The notes under the pieces: model-generated
Databases searched by the model: none
The model's input: the letters and a program-made list of their open reading frames with translations, nothing else
Told to the model about the DNA's origin: nothing
Shown here: positions 1-18,487 of the stretch, in pieces
Position numbering within the stretch: position 1 is the stretch's first letter
Layout: each line of letters opens with the position of its first letter
DNA from: Eledone cirrhosa
Taxonomy: Eukaryota
Assembly (NCBI GenBank): GCA_964016885.1
Contig: OZ024752.1
Location: 8,370,001 to 8,434,000 of the forward strand
Length of the DNA stretch: 64,000 nt
Reading direction: 5' to 3'
Position numbers and translations under genes: made by a program

Positions 1-170
1 ATATCTGAAGACCAAAGCACTTGATAGACATTTCGTCTCCACATCATAGCAGAAAAAGGGGAGGGGTGACCCTGACACATTAAAAGTGTTATGAGAACCT
101 ACTTTTCGTTTTGTAACAAATATCACATGGGTTCTTTATATACACACACACATACATACATATATATATA

Positions 171-416
171 TAGCGGCGTGCAGAGCCCTGGTGATGCCCG
201 GTGCAAATCTTGATTGTATGTCCCCAAAGACTCAAGTATAAGGCCTAATATACTGAGAAATATTACGAGAAATGAAAATATTTTCAATATATAAACTCAG
301 ATAAAACATGAAATAAACACTTTATACGATTTTAAAATAAATCAATCAAATTTATCAAGTTCTTTTCCCCAAAGGATGCCCGGGGCCAACGTACCGTCGC
401 CGCCTGCACGCTACTG
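171..416. mobile_element. short non-autonomous DNA transposon (MITE), hAT-like ends
   Basis: Imperfect terminal inverted repeats TAGCGGCGTGCAG...CTGCACGCTACTG, repeated subterminal GATGCCCGG motifs, AT-rich core, embedded in (TA)n. Confidence 0.5.
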
Positions 417-1978
417 TGTATATATATGTATATATATCTATATATGTATATCTATATATGTATATATATCTATATATATCTATATATGTATATGTATATA
501 TATCTATATATGTATATATATCTATATATATCTATATATGTATATGTATATATATCTATATATGTATATATATCTATATATATCTATATATGTATATATA
601 TGTATATATCTATATATATGTATATATATGTATATATGTATATATATCTATATATATCTATATATGTATATATATCTATATATATCTATATATATATCTA
701 TATATGTATATATATCTATATATGTATATATATCTATATCTATATATATATATATGTATATCTATATATATATATATGTATATCTATATATATATATCTA
801 TATATATATATATGTATATATGTCTATATATATATATATGTATATATGTATATCTATATATATATATCTATATATATATATATGTATATATGTCTATATA
901 TATATATATGTATATATGTATATCTATATATGTATATCTATATATGTATATCTATATATATATATATATCTATATATATATGTATATCTATATATGTATA
1001 TCTATATATGTATATCTATATATGTATATCTATATATGTATATATATCTATATATGTATATATATCTATATCTATATATGTATATATATCTATATATGTA
1101 TATATATCTATATATATATCTATATCTATATATGTATATATATCTATATATATATATATATCTATATATATATATATATATATATCTATATATATATATA
1201 TATATATCTATATATATATATATATCTATATATATATATATCTATATATATATATATATATATCTATATCTATATATCTATATCTATATCTATATATCTA
1301 TATATATGTATATATATCTATATATCTATATCTATATCTATATATCTATATATATGTATATATATGTATATATATCTATATATCTATATATCTATATATA
1401 TGTATATATATGTATATATATCTATATCTATATATCTATATCTATATGTATATATATCTATATCTATATATCTATATCTATATGTATATATATCTATATC
1501 TATATATCTATATATATATGTATATATATCTATATCTATATATATGTATATATATCTATATCTATGTATCTATATATGTATATATATGTATATATATCTA
1601 TATCTATGTATATATATGTATATATATCTATATATGTATATATATCTATATATATCTATATATGTATATATATCTATATATGTATATATATCTATATATG
1701 TATATATATCTATATATGTATATATATCTATATATGTATATATAGCTATATATGTATATATATCTATATATGTATATATAGCTATATATGTATATATATC
1801 TATATATATCTATATATGTATATATATGTATATATATCTATATATGTATATATATCTATATATGTATATATATCTATATATGTATATATATCTATATATG
1901 TATATATATCTATATATATCTATATATGTATATATATCTATATATATCTATATATGTATATATATCTATATATATCTA

Positions 1979-2011
<33 letters not shown>

Positions 2012-2028
2012 CTATATCTATATATATA
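417..2028. repeat. compound (TA)n/TATC/TATG microsatellite
   Basis: Directly visible; source of the spurious IY-rich ORFs. Confidence 0.97.
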
Positions 2029-3200
2029 TCACCCTTCGAAAGGAGGGCTGGGGATGCCGTGGCTAATGATGCATAAACACGCATTAAGGCTACGGCACCT
2101 CTACGTATTCCTCACCGGACAACCGGTGTGGGCCTCGTTTGTGAGACGAACCTTTCCCAGACTCGTCTCACTCACCGAGCTGCAATCCTGGGTCAAGCAA
2201 AGACCGAGAAAACTGGGCGCCTGGCACACTGAGTGTGCCCAGGCGCTCACCGCCCTCTGGCAGGCGGATCCGGTTATCAGTGGAGACTCCACCGCAACAT
2301 TCTATAGAGGGCTGGTACGCAGCAGGTGCGACGACGCCCTCGGAGAAGCCCTAGACATGGAGGAGGACGAACTGGCCAGCCTGTTCGGTAGGACATTCAG
2401 CCCGGGACCTATGGACAACTTCCAGAAGTCCCTGGCCTGGCAGTGCTACCGAGGGGCTTTACCCGTTCGAGAAAGGCTCTACAGTCACGGGCGCCCGGGT
2501 AGGGACCCCGCCAAAAAGATCTGTCCCAGATGCGTGTGCGACGAGGAAACCGTTGCACACGCATTGGTACACTGCTCGGGCGTAGCCGATCTGTGGGGCT
2601 ATGTCGAACAACTGCTGTCAAGGGTGGGACCGATCCGGTTGACCACCGAGTCTATTGTAATGATCAAGCCGCCTCCCCCCTTCAAAGATGAAGCAGAGGC
2701 GGTGTTTCTGTGCGTAATAGCCATGGCGAAAGAGGTTGTATGGTGGACGCGTCTGAAAGGACTGAGGTCAGGCACCTTTCTCTCTGGCCAACAACTGGTC
2801 CGTTTCTTCCGATATCATTTCGGAAGAAGGATCAGGATGGAGAGAGAGGTGCTGCACCCCAGCCGTTTCTATGAAAGATGGGTGAAAGTGGCGAGAATGG
2901 CCTGTGTGAATGGGCCTTCACTCTACATCAGACTATAGGTGAGGAAGATGAAAGACCAAGGGAGCACCCCTTCTGTGCTCCTGAGGAGAAGGGTTGCACA
3001 CTTTTTTCGGGGGTGTGTGCGACCCCCCAAGGCGCCTCCTCTCTATTGAGGATTTTGTTATAAATTTTATTTTTTGTTATATCTTATTTTATTTTTATAT
3101 TTTGTTATTGCCTCCTCCTTATTGAGGACGCCTTTTTGTGTAAACTCCCCCCTTTGTACTTGTCCCACTTTTGATGCCCTAGTGGCAAATAAAACATATC
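2029..3200 (+). mobile_element. 5'-truncated L1/Tx1-clade LINE (ORF2 C-terminus + 3'UTR)
   Basis: Frame 2029-2938 encodes [10 protein letters not shown] and the zinc-knuckle [18 protein letters not shown] typical of L1/Tx1 ORF2; T-rich 3'UTR ends AAATAAAAC then (TATC)n. Confidence 0.85.
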
Positions 3201-3223
3201 TATCTATCTATCTATCTATATAT

Positions 3224-3835
3224 TTGCCCTAGATGCGTGCGTCACGAAGAAACCGTTGCGCACGCATTGGTGCAATGTCCGGGCGTGGCTGATCTGTGGG
3301 GCTACGCCGAACAACTGCTGTCGCGGGTGGCGCCGATTAAATTGACCGCCGAGTCCGTGATGACAATCAAACCGCCTCCCCTCTTCACAAAGGAAGCAAA
3401 GGCGGTTTTTCTGTGTGTAATAGCCATGTTGAAAGAGGTTGTTTGGTGGACACGATTGAAAGGTCTGAGGTCAGGCAACTTCCTCTCTGGCCATAGTCTG
3501 GTCTACTTCTTCCGATATCACTTCGGAAGAAGGATAAGAATGGAGAGAGAGGTGCTTGGCCACAGGCAGTTTTATGAAAGGTGGGTGATAGTGGCGAGAA
3601 TGGCTCGTGTAAATGGGCCTTCTCTGTATACCAACATGTAGGTAAAGAAGTAAAGGAGAGGGGAGCACCTTCTCCATGTGCTCCCCGGGCAAAGGATTGC
3701 ACACTTTTTCGGGGGTGTGTGCAACCCCCATCACGTCCCCTCCCTTTTGAGGTTATTTTCGATTATTTTCATGTTACACCCTTTTTACTCGATTATATGT
3801 AAACTCCCCCTTTGTATTTGTCCCTTCATTTTATG
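3224..3835 (+). mobile_element. second, diverged L1/Tx1 3' fragment
   Basis: [18 protein letters not shown]...RVNGPSLY is paralogous to the 2029-2938 protein, with a similar 3'UTR. Confidence 0.85.
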
Positions 3836-4674
3836 TCCTAAATGCAAAGTATGGGTGCATAAAAGATGTAGTGGGATCACAGGTAAGCTCACTAAGAACA
3901 TAGATTTTACATGTGGCCGGTGCTCTGGTGCAATAAGTAGCAGCAAGTGCCCACAAAATACTAGCTCCTTCAACTGCGCAGAGGGTTCTATAGAAATAGT
4001 GGACAGCTTCCGTTACCTGGGTGACAAAATCAGCAGTGGGGGAGGGTGCTCTGAAAGTACAGTAGCTAGAGTCAGAACTGGATGGAAAAAGTTCAGAGAG
4101 CTTATACCACTATTAGCCGCTAGAGGGTTCTCCCTAAAAATGAAAGGCAGGTTATATGATGCCTGCATACGAACAGCAATGCTGCATGGCAGTGAGACCT
4201 GGGCATTGTGTGCAGAGGATATACGCAGACTAGAGAGGAACGAAGCTTGCATGCTCCGCTGGATGTGCAATAGTAATATACGTAAACGGCAAAGCATAAA
4301 CGAACTAAGGAAAAAATTAGATATAAGAGGGATCAGATGTTTACTCGAGAGAAGGCTACGTTGGTACGGTCACGTGATGCGCATGAAAGACGACAGCTGT
4401 ATAACAAAGTGCAGGGCAATAAAGATAGACGGTAGCCACGGAGTAAGCAGACCCAGAAAAACATGGGACGAGCTGATAAATTCCGACCTCACACGCTTAC
4501 ACCTCTCCAAGACAATGTCACTGGACCGAGACCTTTGGCGGTACTCAGTAATAGAGAAGACCCGCCTTACCTAAATACAAAGTAAAAACCTACTACAGTC
4601 AGTAGGCATCTCTAAAACCCCCGTCCAAACCCATGCAAGCGTGGAACACGGACGCTAAATCTGATGATGATGAT
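3833..4674 (+). mobile_element. RTE-clade LINE 3' fragment with PHD-like finger
   Basis: CPKCKVWVHKRC...FTCGRC, FRYLGD, LHGSETW and [11 protein letters not shown] motifs; 3' stem-loop and (GAT)n tail. Confidence 0.88.
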
Positions 4675-5591
4675 ATATATCTATATATATGTATATATAT
4701 CTATATATATGTATATATATCTATATATATGTATATATATCTATATACATCTATATACATCTATATACATCTATATATATGTATATATATCTATATACAT
4801 CTATATACATCTATATACATCTATATACATCTATATACATCTATATACATCTATATATATCTATATATATGTATATATATCTATATATATGTATATATAT
4901 CTATATATATCTATATATATGTATATATATCTATATACATCTATATATATCTATATATATCTATATATATGTATATATATATGTATATATATCTATATAT
5001 ATCTATATATATGTATATATATATGTATATATATCTATATATATGTATATATATCTATATATATGTATATATATCTATATATATCTATATATATGTATAT
5101 ATATCTATATATATCTATATATATGTATATATATCTATATATATCTATATATATGTATATATATCTATATATATCTATATATATGTATATATATCTATAT
5201 ATATCTATATATATGTATATATATCTATATATATGTATATATATCTATATATATCTATATATATGTATATATATATGTATATATATCTATATATATGTAT
5301 ATATATATCTATATATATGTATATATATCTATATATATGTATATATATGTATATATATGTATATATATGTATATATATCTATATATATGTATATATATCT
5401 ATATATATGTATATATATCTATATATATGTATATATATGTATATATATCTATATATATGTATATATATCTATATATATATCTATATATATGTATATATGT
5501 ATATATATCTATATATATGTATATATATCTATATATAAATCTATATATATGTATATATGTATATATATCTATATATATATCTATATATATT
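4675..5591. repeat. compound (TA)n/TATC/TATG microsatellite
   Basis: Directly visible. Confidence 0.97.
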
Positions 5592-6584
5592 AAGAATGTA
5601 GGATTCACATGCAGCAGCTGTGCTGAAACAGCAAGCAAACAGCCACAGGAAACAAGTACCACCAATCTCTGGGAGGGCCCTGTAGAAACAGTAGACAGCT
5701 TCTGCTACCTAGGTGACCGAATTAGCAACGGAGGTGGGTGCTCAGAAAGTACAATAACTAGGGTAAGAACGGGATGGAAGAAGTTTAGGGAACTACTACC
5801 ACTGCTAGCTGCAAAAGGCTTCTCCCTCAGAATGAAAGGCAGACTGTATGATGCGTGTATCCGAACAGCGATGTTGCATGGTAGTGAGACCTGGGCGCTG
5901 AAGGTGGAAGACTTACGTAGATTAGAGAGAAACGAAGCCTGCATGCTCCGATGGATGTGTAACAGTAATATACGTGAACGACAAAGCATAAATGAATTGA
6001 GAGAGAGACTGAGCATAAGAGGAATCAAATGCTGCGTGCAGGAGAGGCGGTTACGCTGGTATGGACATGTGATGCGTATGAAGGATGACAGCTGCATAAA
6101 AAGGTGCAGAGCACTAGAAGTTGATGGAAACCGCGGAGTGGGGAGACCCAAGATGACTTGGGATGAGGTGATAAAAGCCGACCTTACCCAACTACACCTC
6201 TCAAAGTCAATGACACACGACCGTGACTTCTGGCGTCACGCAGTAATACAGGGTACCCGACCTCCCATGGGTACATGCTGAAGCATATAAACAATATGCC
6301 CCCCCCCCCCCTCCACCGCAAGGTGGCCGTGGAGGTGCCACGGCAAAAAAGCACCCAGCCCACACTGTAAAGTGGACGTGTAGGCGCCACGAAAAAGCAC
6401 CCAGCACTCACTGTAAATGAGGTTGGTGTTAGGAAGGGCATCCAGCTGTAGAAATCAAGCCAGATCAGTTCCTGTATGAGCAAGGCATGGTCAGCCGACC
6501 AGACACTGCCCACAACAGGACAACCCGTCTAACCCATGCTAGCGTGGAAGAACGGACGTAAAACGGTGATGATGATGATGATGA
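5592..6584 (+). mobile_element. RTE-clade LINE 3' fragment, young family
   Basis: Open frame to 6281 ([24 protein letters not shown]), ~300 nt 3'UTR, (GAT)n tail; nearly identical to the copies at 12053 and 22083. Confidence 0.9.
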
Positions 6585-7880
6585 TATATATGTATATATA
6601 TGTATATATATCTATATATATATCTATATATATGTATATATATGTATATATATCTATATATATGTATATATATCTATATATATGTATATATATCTATATA
6701 TATGTATATATATCTATATATATGTATATATATCTATATATATATGTATATATATCTATATATATATGTATATATATCTATATATATATGTATATATATC
6801 TATATATATATGTATATATATCTATATATATATGTATATATATCTATATATATATGTATATATATCTATATATATATGTATATATATCTATATATATATG
6901 TATATATATCTATATATATATGTATATATATCTATATATATATGTATATATATCTATATATATATGTATATATATCTATATATATGTATATATATCTATA
7001 TATATGTATATATATCTATATATATGTATATATATCTATATATATCTATATATATCTATATATATCTATATATATGTATATATATGTATATATATGTATA
7101 TATATGTATATATATGTATATATATCTATATATATCTATATATATGTATATATATCTATATATATGTATATATATGTATATATATCTATATATATCTATA
7201 TATATCTATATATATCTATATATATCTATATATGTATATATATCTATATATATGTATATATATGTATATATATCTATATATATATATATGTATATATATC
7301 TATATATATATCTATATATATGTATATATATCTATATATATATCTATATATATGTATATATATCTATATATATATCTATATATATGTATATATATCTATA
7401 TATATGTATATATATCTATATATATGTATATATATCTATATATATGTATATATATCTATATATATGTATATATATCTATATATATGTATATATATCTATA
7501 TATATGTATATATATCTATATATATCTATATATATGTATATATATCTATATATATGTATATATATCTATATATATGTATATATATCTATATATATGTATA
7601 TATATCTATATATATGTATATATATCTATATATATGTATATATATCTATATATATGTATATATATCTATATATATGTATATATATCTATATATATGTATA
7701 TATATCTATATATATGTATATATATCTATATATATCTATATATATCTATATATATCTATATATATGTATATATATCTATATATATCTATATATATCTATA
7801 TATATCTATATATATGTATATATATCTATATATCTATATATATATCTATATATATGTATATATATCTATATATCTATATG
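6585..7880. repeat. compound (TA)n/TATC/TATG microsatellite
   Basis: Directly visible. Confidence 0.97.
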
Positions 7881-8199
7881 TAGGTTATATTTAATTTGTT
7901 GGGATACAACAAGCAAAATATTTTTATAACTGATATAAAGCACTCAACAAATTATTGGAGTAAATATACAATATAATAACAAATGGCAACTATATTTATA
8001 AAACCATATTTATTTCATACATATTTCAAGGGCCACCAAGGCAGATTATGGTGCGCTTTCACCAGATAAAATATAATATAGATTAGTTTTACAAATAAAT
8101 ATTGACATGCCCTGAAAAATGCAACCTTCACGGTTGGAGTGAAGGTTGCAATTTTTGAAAGTTACGATACACACGCAATTGTGTGTATATATATATATA

Positions 8200-8269
8200 T
8201 TTCATTTCATTTTCATTTTCATTTTACGTCCACTTTTCCCTGCTTGCAAGGGTGAGACGGGAACTGATT

Positions 8270-8270
<1 letters not shown>
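8200..8270 (-). mobile_element. very short RTE-type 3' end with (GAAAAT)n tail
   Basis: CCCTTGCAAGCAGGGAAAAGTGGACGTAAAA on the minus strand matches the RTE 3' terminal motif seen at 35790-35825. Confidence 0.65.
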
Positions 8271-10740
<2,470 letters not shown>

Positions 10741-11124
10741 ACACATACACATTTGTATGGATTGTAACTGTCACAAATTAGTTTCACTTTTGAGACCGCC
10801 CGTCTTGACGTATGCCATTATTATATCCATCACTAACAATTTAGCCATTAATATTTCGAAACTACAAACAGGTTTCGATTCTCGGCTAAAGTAATTTCTC
10901 TTCTCATTGCATTACTCAGTCTATACTTTGTGTGCGAGTCCTTAAGTACACCAACTACTTAGAGACACTACCAAAATTAAATTAAAGGTCTTAGAATATC
11001 AGAAACATGCGCCTTACCACCTGTAGAATAAGCTCAAAGATTCTAAGGAATAAATCTGAGCATCTATTAAGATGCTATTAAAAATCGATTGACATATATA
11101 TATATATATATATATATAAAATAA

Positions 11125-11383
11125 ACATCAAACAATTACAGGGATAATTTGTAAAGAGTGTAAACACAGTTACGGAGGTGACATGTTAAATTTTAACGAG
11201 AACCTTGATACGATTAATCATTATTGAAAGGTATCTATATTCAAGGTTCTAGGTTTCTATATTCAATGATTAATCATTATTGAAAGGTATCTATCTATAT
11301 TCAAGGTTAATTTTTAACATGTCACCTCCGTAACTATGTGCGTTTACTCTCTTTACAAATTATCCCCTGTAATTGTTTGATGT
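11125..11383. mobile_element. foldback MITE with ~70-bp imperfect terminal inverted repeats
   Basis: ACATCAAACAATTACAGGGATAATTTGTAAAGAG...GTTACGGAGGTGACATGTTAA pairs with 11310-11383; short internal duplication; flanked by (TA)n. Confidence 0.7.
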
Positions 11384-13690
<2,307 letters not shown>

Positions 13691-13739
13691 TTGTTATATT
13701 TGGGGAGGGTCATATTTGCGTAATATTGCCAGAATTAAT

Positions 13740-15150
13740 AACAGAACACATTCACTGTTTGGTTGGTTTTCGCTTCTCGCTGTCTTTTATATATATATAT
13801 CTGCGATCTAACTTACTCGGTCCTCAATGTTGCCATTGACTGACCGGCGGTCAAAAATAATACAGATACAATATAGACAAACACATATATATATAGTTTA
13901 CATAAATCTTTCGTTGCACATCTGCAACATCGTCAGTGGTGTTATATTCATTGTTCCTCCTGTTGTGTTGTATGTCTACGCCATTTTTTTTTGTTCAGTC
14001 TGTCTATATATTTATTTATTTATTTGCTTGTTTGTTTATCTTATTTTATTTTGTCTTCTTTGCGCATGCGTTTGCGTGTGTGTATAGTGTTATGTGTGAT
14101 GTGTGACTAGTGTGTATAGTGTTGTGTCTGCTGGGTGACTAGTGTGTGTTTATGTGCTTGTGTATGTATTTATTTATCTTATTTTATTTAATTTAATTTA
14201 CTTATTTATTTATACTTCTCTTAGGTCAGTGTTGTTTGTTTGGGTGTTGTTGTTGTTCCACTCATTCTTTCTGTTTAGCTTTGGTCTTCTAATTTCTATT
14301 TCACTGGCCTCTCTGATTTGCCTATCTGCTGGGTCATTCCTATGTTTAGATATTATTCTAATTTCTATGTTGTCTATGTTACCGTCATGATGTTGTCTAG
14401 CATGTTCGTATAGTACTGACCCTTTTTTTCGTCCTTTTAGTTCCCCCCAGTGTTGGTCTATCCTTTCACCTATGCTACGAGCTGTCTCACCTATGTATGT
14501 TGTTGTCGTGTTTCTGCAAGTACCCTCTGTACATCTTATGCTATAGACTACGTTTCTAGTTTTACAGTTTATCCGGGGGTTCACCTTACATATGATACAT
14601 TTCCTATTGGTACAGTGGGTTTTCTTAAAAGGGTAGGTTTTGCTGATCAGGGATTTTATGGTGGTTCCTGGCTTTTCTACCACCTTTATTTTTAAGTGGG
14701 TCTTTCTCAGGGCCTTTCTACACTGGTTAGCTAATTTCCCTCCAGGGGTGGCGTCCACAAACATGACACTCTGATATCTCTGGTTGTCGTACCATGATGT
14801 GGCCTTCCCTATCTTATGTCTAGCCCTATCTAAGCTATTCCATGATTTGCTCCTGTATAGTGGGCAAATTCCTTTCATGTCCAGTTCTATGAGGGTCTTA
14901 TACTTTTCCATGGCTCCTTCGTATACTCTGACTCTGTCTCTTTGGTTGTAGCCAGAGAACTGCATGCGGTTGATGAAGTGTTGGATGTGTCCTTCCATTT
15001 CTGTTGGGTCGCACATGCTGGACACATTCTTCATCACTCGTACCAAATCTGCGATCAGAATATTAAACTTAGCACTACTGGACATTGCTGAGTTTTTGAG
15101 TATCAGGTATTTGGAGGCCATGGGTTTAGCATAGTGTGAGTGGAGAATAT
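13740..15150 (-). mobile_element. Penelope-like element (RT C-terminus, GIY-YIG endonuclease, 3' pseudo-LTR region)
   Basis: Minus frame encodes [27 protein letters not shown]...[13 protein letters not shown] and [13 protein letters not shown]; degenerate hammerhead-like motif ~270 nt downstream. Confidence 0.9.
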
Positions 15151-15159
15151 ATTTATATA

Positions 15160-15243
<84 letters not shown>

Positions 15244-15278
15244 TATATATATATAAATAAATATATATATATATAAAT

Positions 15279-15309
<31 letters not shown>

Positions 15310-15401
15310 AATATATATATATATAGTAGAATAATCGAGTATCGAAAAATCGGCGCACGAGTTCACGATAAACAAAATTCGAGATGAGCGGCAGAGGGCT
15401 C

Positions 15402-15592
15402 AATAATTGTTTCTACTTTAGGCACAAGGCCAGCAATCACCCAGTGCATTACTGGTACTTTATTTTATCGACCCCGTAAGGATGAAAGGCAAAGTCGACC
15501 TCGGCGGGATTTGAACTCAGATCGTAAAGGGACGTAACTATGCTGGAAAGCATGGCGTCCGACCCTCTACTGATACTGCCAATCCACCGCCC
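15402..15592 (-). mobile_element. tRNA-derived SINE, family A. Other copies: ~19176-19357-, 20320-20508-, 23830-23985-, 25090-25265-, 25590-25710-, 37905-38025+, 41742-41930-, 47821-48012+, 50310-50745+, 55030-55142-, 57680-57833-
   Basis: A box TGGCAGTATCAG and B box GAGTTCAAATCC; central GCCTTTCATCCTTACGGGGTCGATAAA...AGTACCAG resembles the Meta/Sauria-type SINE domain; more than 10 copies in the window. Confidence 0.88.
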
Positions 15593-15781
15593 TTGAGAGG
15601 GCTCAATAATTCAGATAAATCAGAGCTATAACTATCGTTAAAATACCGTCACACGTAGAATATGTCTATAATCAACCAAATAACCGAAAAGTTCGATATG
15701 GAAGATTCGGGACACTCAGATAAATTATCAATAAATCAATAAATGAAATGAATGTAAAAAGCATACCCGGACCCAATATAA

Positions 15782-15821
<40 letters not shown>

Positions 15822-15839
15822 TAGGAGAAGGAAAACTCT

Positions 15840-16219
15840 GATATAACACCTGCAACCCTGATGGTATCCAATGATGTTGACTTGTTCTTCTTTTTGGTAA
15901 ATAGCATCTTGGTTAAGAGAGTGGGACTGGCTTTGTGCAGTGCCTTTGCTCACTATAAAAGCTTCACGGCACAGGCATTGCTTTATATCTGGAGATCTCT
16001 CTGCACTTGTCCTCACATGGGCCCAGCACTATGTGTCAATAATTGTCCTACCATGGGCCTAGCACTATGTGTCAATAATTGTCACAGGTGTAGTGTTTGT
16101 ACCAGAGGTTTCAAGTCGCTGGCTGGACTAAAAAGTCACACTCGTTCAGCGCTTCGGTAGGGGTTATCCTACATGGATGTAAAGTAGTGGCCGTACTCGA
16201 AAACGAGTTGGCAGCCACC

Positions 16220-16220
<1 letters not shown>
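15840..16220 (+). mobile_element. degenerate RTE (BovB-like) LINE 3' end with C2H2 finger
   Basis: [20 protein letters not shown] followed by the terminal hairpin GGCCGTACTCGAAAACGAGTTGGC and (TA)n. Confidence 0.6.
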
Positions 16221-16250
<30 letters not shown>

Positions 16251-16297
16251 TATATATATATAAATATATATATAAATATAAATATATATATAAATAT

Positions 16298-16430
<133 letters not shown>

Positions 16431-16970
16431 AATATATATATATATAAATATATATATAAATATATATAAATATATATATATATATTAATATATATATATA
16501 TACACACACACATATAATATTTCACATTGTCTATAATAAATCGAGGGCTGTGTGTCGTACTACAAAAAAAAAAACATAAGTAGTAATGATAACCATAAAG
16601 TAAATTGAAAGCTTTTTCATGTGAAAGAAACCGCCTGTTCTTCTGCCTCTAGTTCTAAACCTATGTCACTTGTGGCCCCTACAAGACTTGACCATCTCAT
16701 ACTCTTATGAATCTCAGTCTGTATATGGCCACAATATAAATAACAGTCAATATTTCTAGCCTTTGTCAACGAACAAAACAGAAAGGGATTATTTGCGTAG
16801 TTATCTTTGCAGCCATTAGAGCGTAAAACGAAAATATTATTGAAACAATAGAGGTATATAAATAGAAGAAAGACCCAACATCTTCAAACACCTGACAACT
16901 TTTAAAACAACCGTTTTTCTGTCATAGATCAATTAAATGAAGTTAACCAGACCTACTCAATAACATATAT

Positions 16971-17245
16971 CGTGTTTCCCCTATTATAAGACCTACTCCC
17001 CAAATAAGCCCTAACCCCCAACATAAACCCTCGCATAATTTTACAAGAAAAATTAATATAAAACACAGATTTCCAAGTCTTGTTAATTACTAAATAAATT
17101 ATATTAATTGTTTTTAACTGTATAATATATATCTTTATTGTGCTGTTATTTTTGGCGTAAAAACATAAGCCCTACCCTCGAAAATAAGCCCTAGGGTTAT
17201 TTTTTAGGGAACAATAATGTAAACCTGTCTTATTATAGGGGTAAT
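16971..17245. mobile_element. Tc1/mariner/pogo-type MITE
   Basis: CCCCTATTATAAGAC...GTCTTATTATAGGGG inverted ends with repeated ATAAGCCCTA. Confidence 0.55.
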
Positions 17246-18423
17246 TATATATAACTGATGTTTGGAGTGTTAAATGCGACAACTAATCATTAAACTATAT
17301 GTAATAAGAAAGTTATTTAATCCTACATCAATATAGATTAATTAGATATGTTAACAAAGGAATTCAAGAGGTGAATATAGTCTTTTTTTAAAAGGTATAA
17401 AAGCCTTTATTAAAGTATACGAGCCCTTTTTTAAAAGGTATAACAGCCCTTTTTAAAAGGTATACATCCCTTTTTAAAGGTATAATGTATGTGAAACTAG
17501 AATATCCAACGTTGTAAGACAGTGAGATGTAATTAGGTGAGGTTTGGCTGTTATTTCTAGCAGTCACCTATATGTTCCATCATATCCTTAAATATATGTA
17601 TACAACAAAACCAAGATTTCTGTGTAGTTTTAATAACAAATAACAAATAATACGAATGGAATATGATAATGTTGATAAAAATTAATTATATTTTATTACT
17701 AATCTATTTTTTCATCAACTATTTATAATTAACTAATTTAATTAGTTTCGTGTGATTTTAATTGTGAAATCTATCAGATCCACTTTGTTTTTATAATCCT
17801 TCCTAAATAATTAGTGTTTATTTTTAACAATAATTAATATACAAACCAGTGGGTTTAGATTTAATATTTAATATTAGATGTTTAAATATAGACATATATT
17901 CTAAGTTTACTATAAAAAAAACAAAAAAAAACATGTAATTCAATAAAGATATTTCTTGTAAATATTTGTCTCCTTATTTCTACAATATTACCTACTATTA
18001 CTTCCTACTATATAGTTATAAATATTAATTTTAACCATCAATCCAAACCAGTGTGTTTTATTATTTCTGGCAATATAACAATATGACCCTCCCCAAATAT
18101 AACAATAGTTATAAATATTGTTATATTTATGTGATGGTGATGTATTTGTTTTACAAGGTTTTTGGTGTGATATGTGTTGAAACAAATGTTATATTTGAGG
18201 AGGGTCATGTTATAATATTGCCAGAATAGGTTATAGTTATAAATATTTTGATATAGTTATAAATATAGCTTCCCAGTCAACTAAATACTTTTCTTTCTGA
18301 TTAATTTCTATAGATTTGATTCTTTTGTAATATATATATATATATAAATAAATGTAAGTATGTATATATAAAGTTTATTATTCAAAATATTAATAAATGG
18401 AGACATTCACATAATCAAAATAT

Positions 18424-18487
18424 GTTTTATTATATATATTTCGAAGGTACTGTGCTGTTTTTTCAGTACGTCCTCATCAGATAAAAT
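18424..18487 (-). ncRNA. minimal type I hammerhead ribozyme motif
   Basis: Minus strand: TTTTAT-CTGATGA-GGAcGTACTG..CAGTACcTTC-GAAA-TATATA-TA^ATAAAA; full core, stems I and II, palindromic stem III. Confidence 0.8.

Noticed and set aside
10970-11030. Possible exon 2 or last exon of the 19.8-kb gene (minus-strand CTACAG acceptor at ~11021)
   Set aside because: In the required phase it reads R-W-stop, with no recognisable protein similarity.
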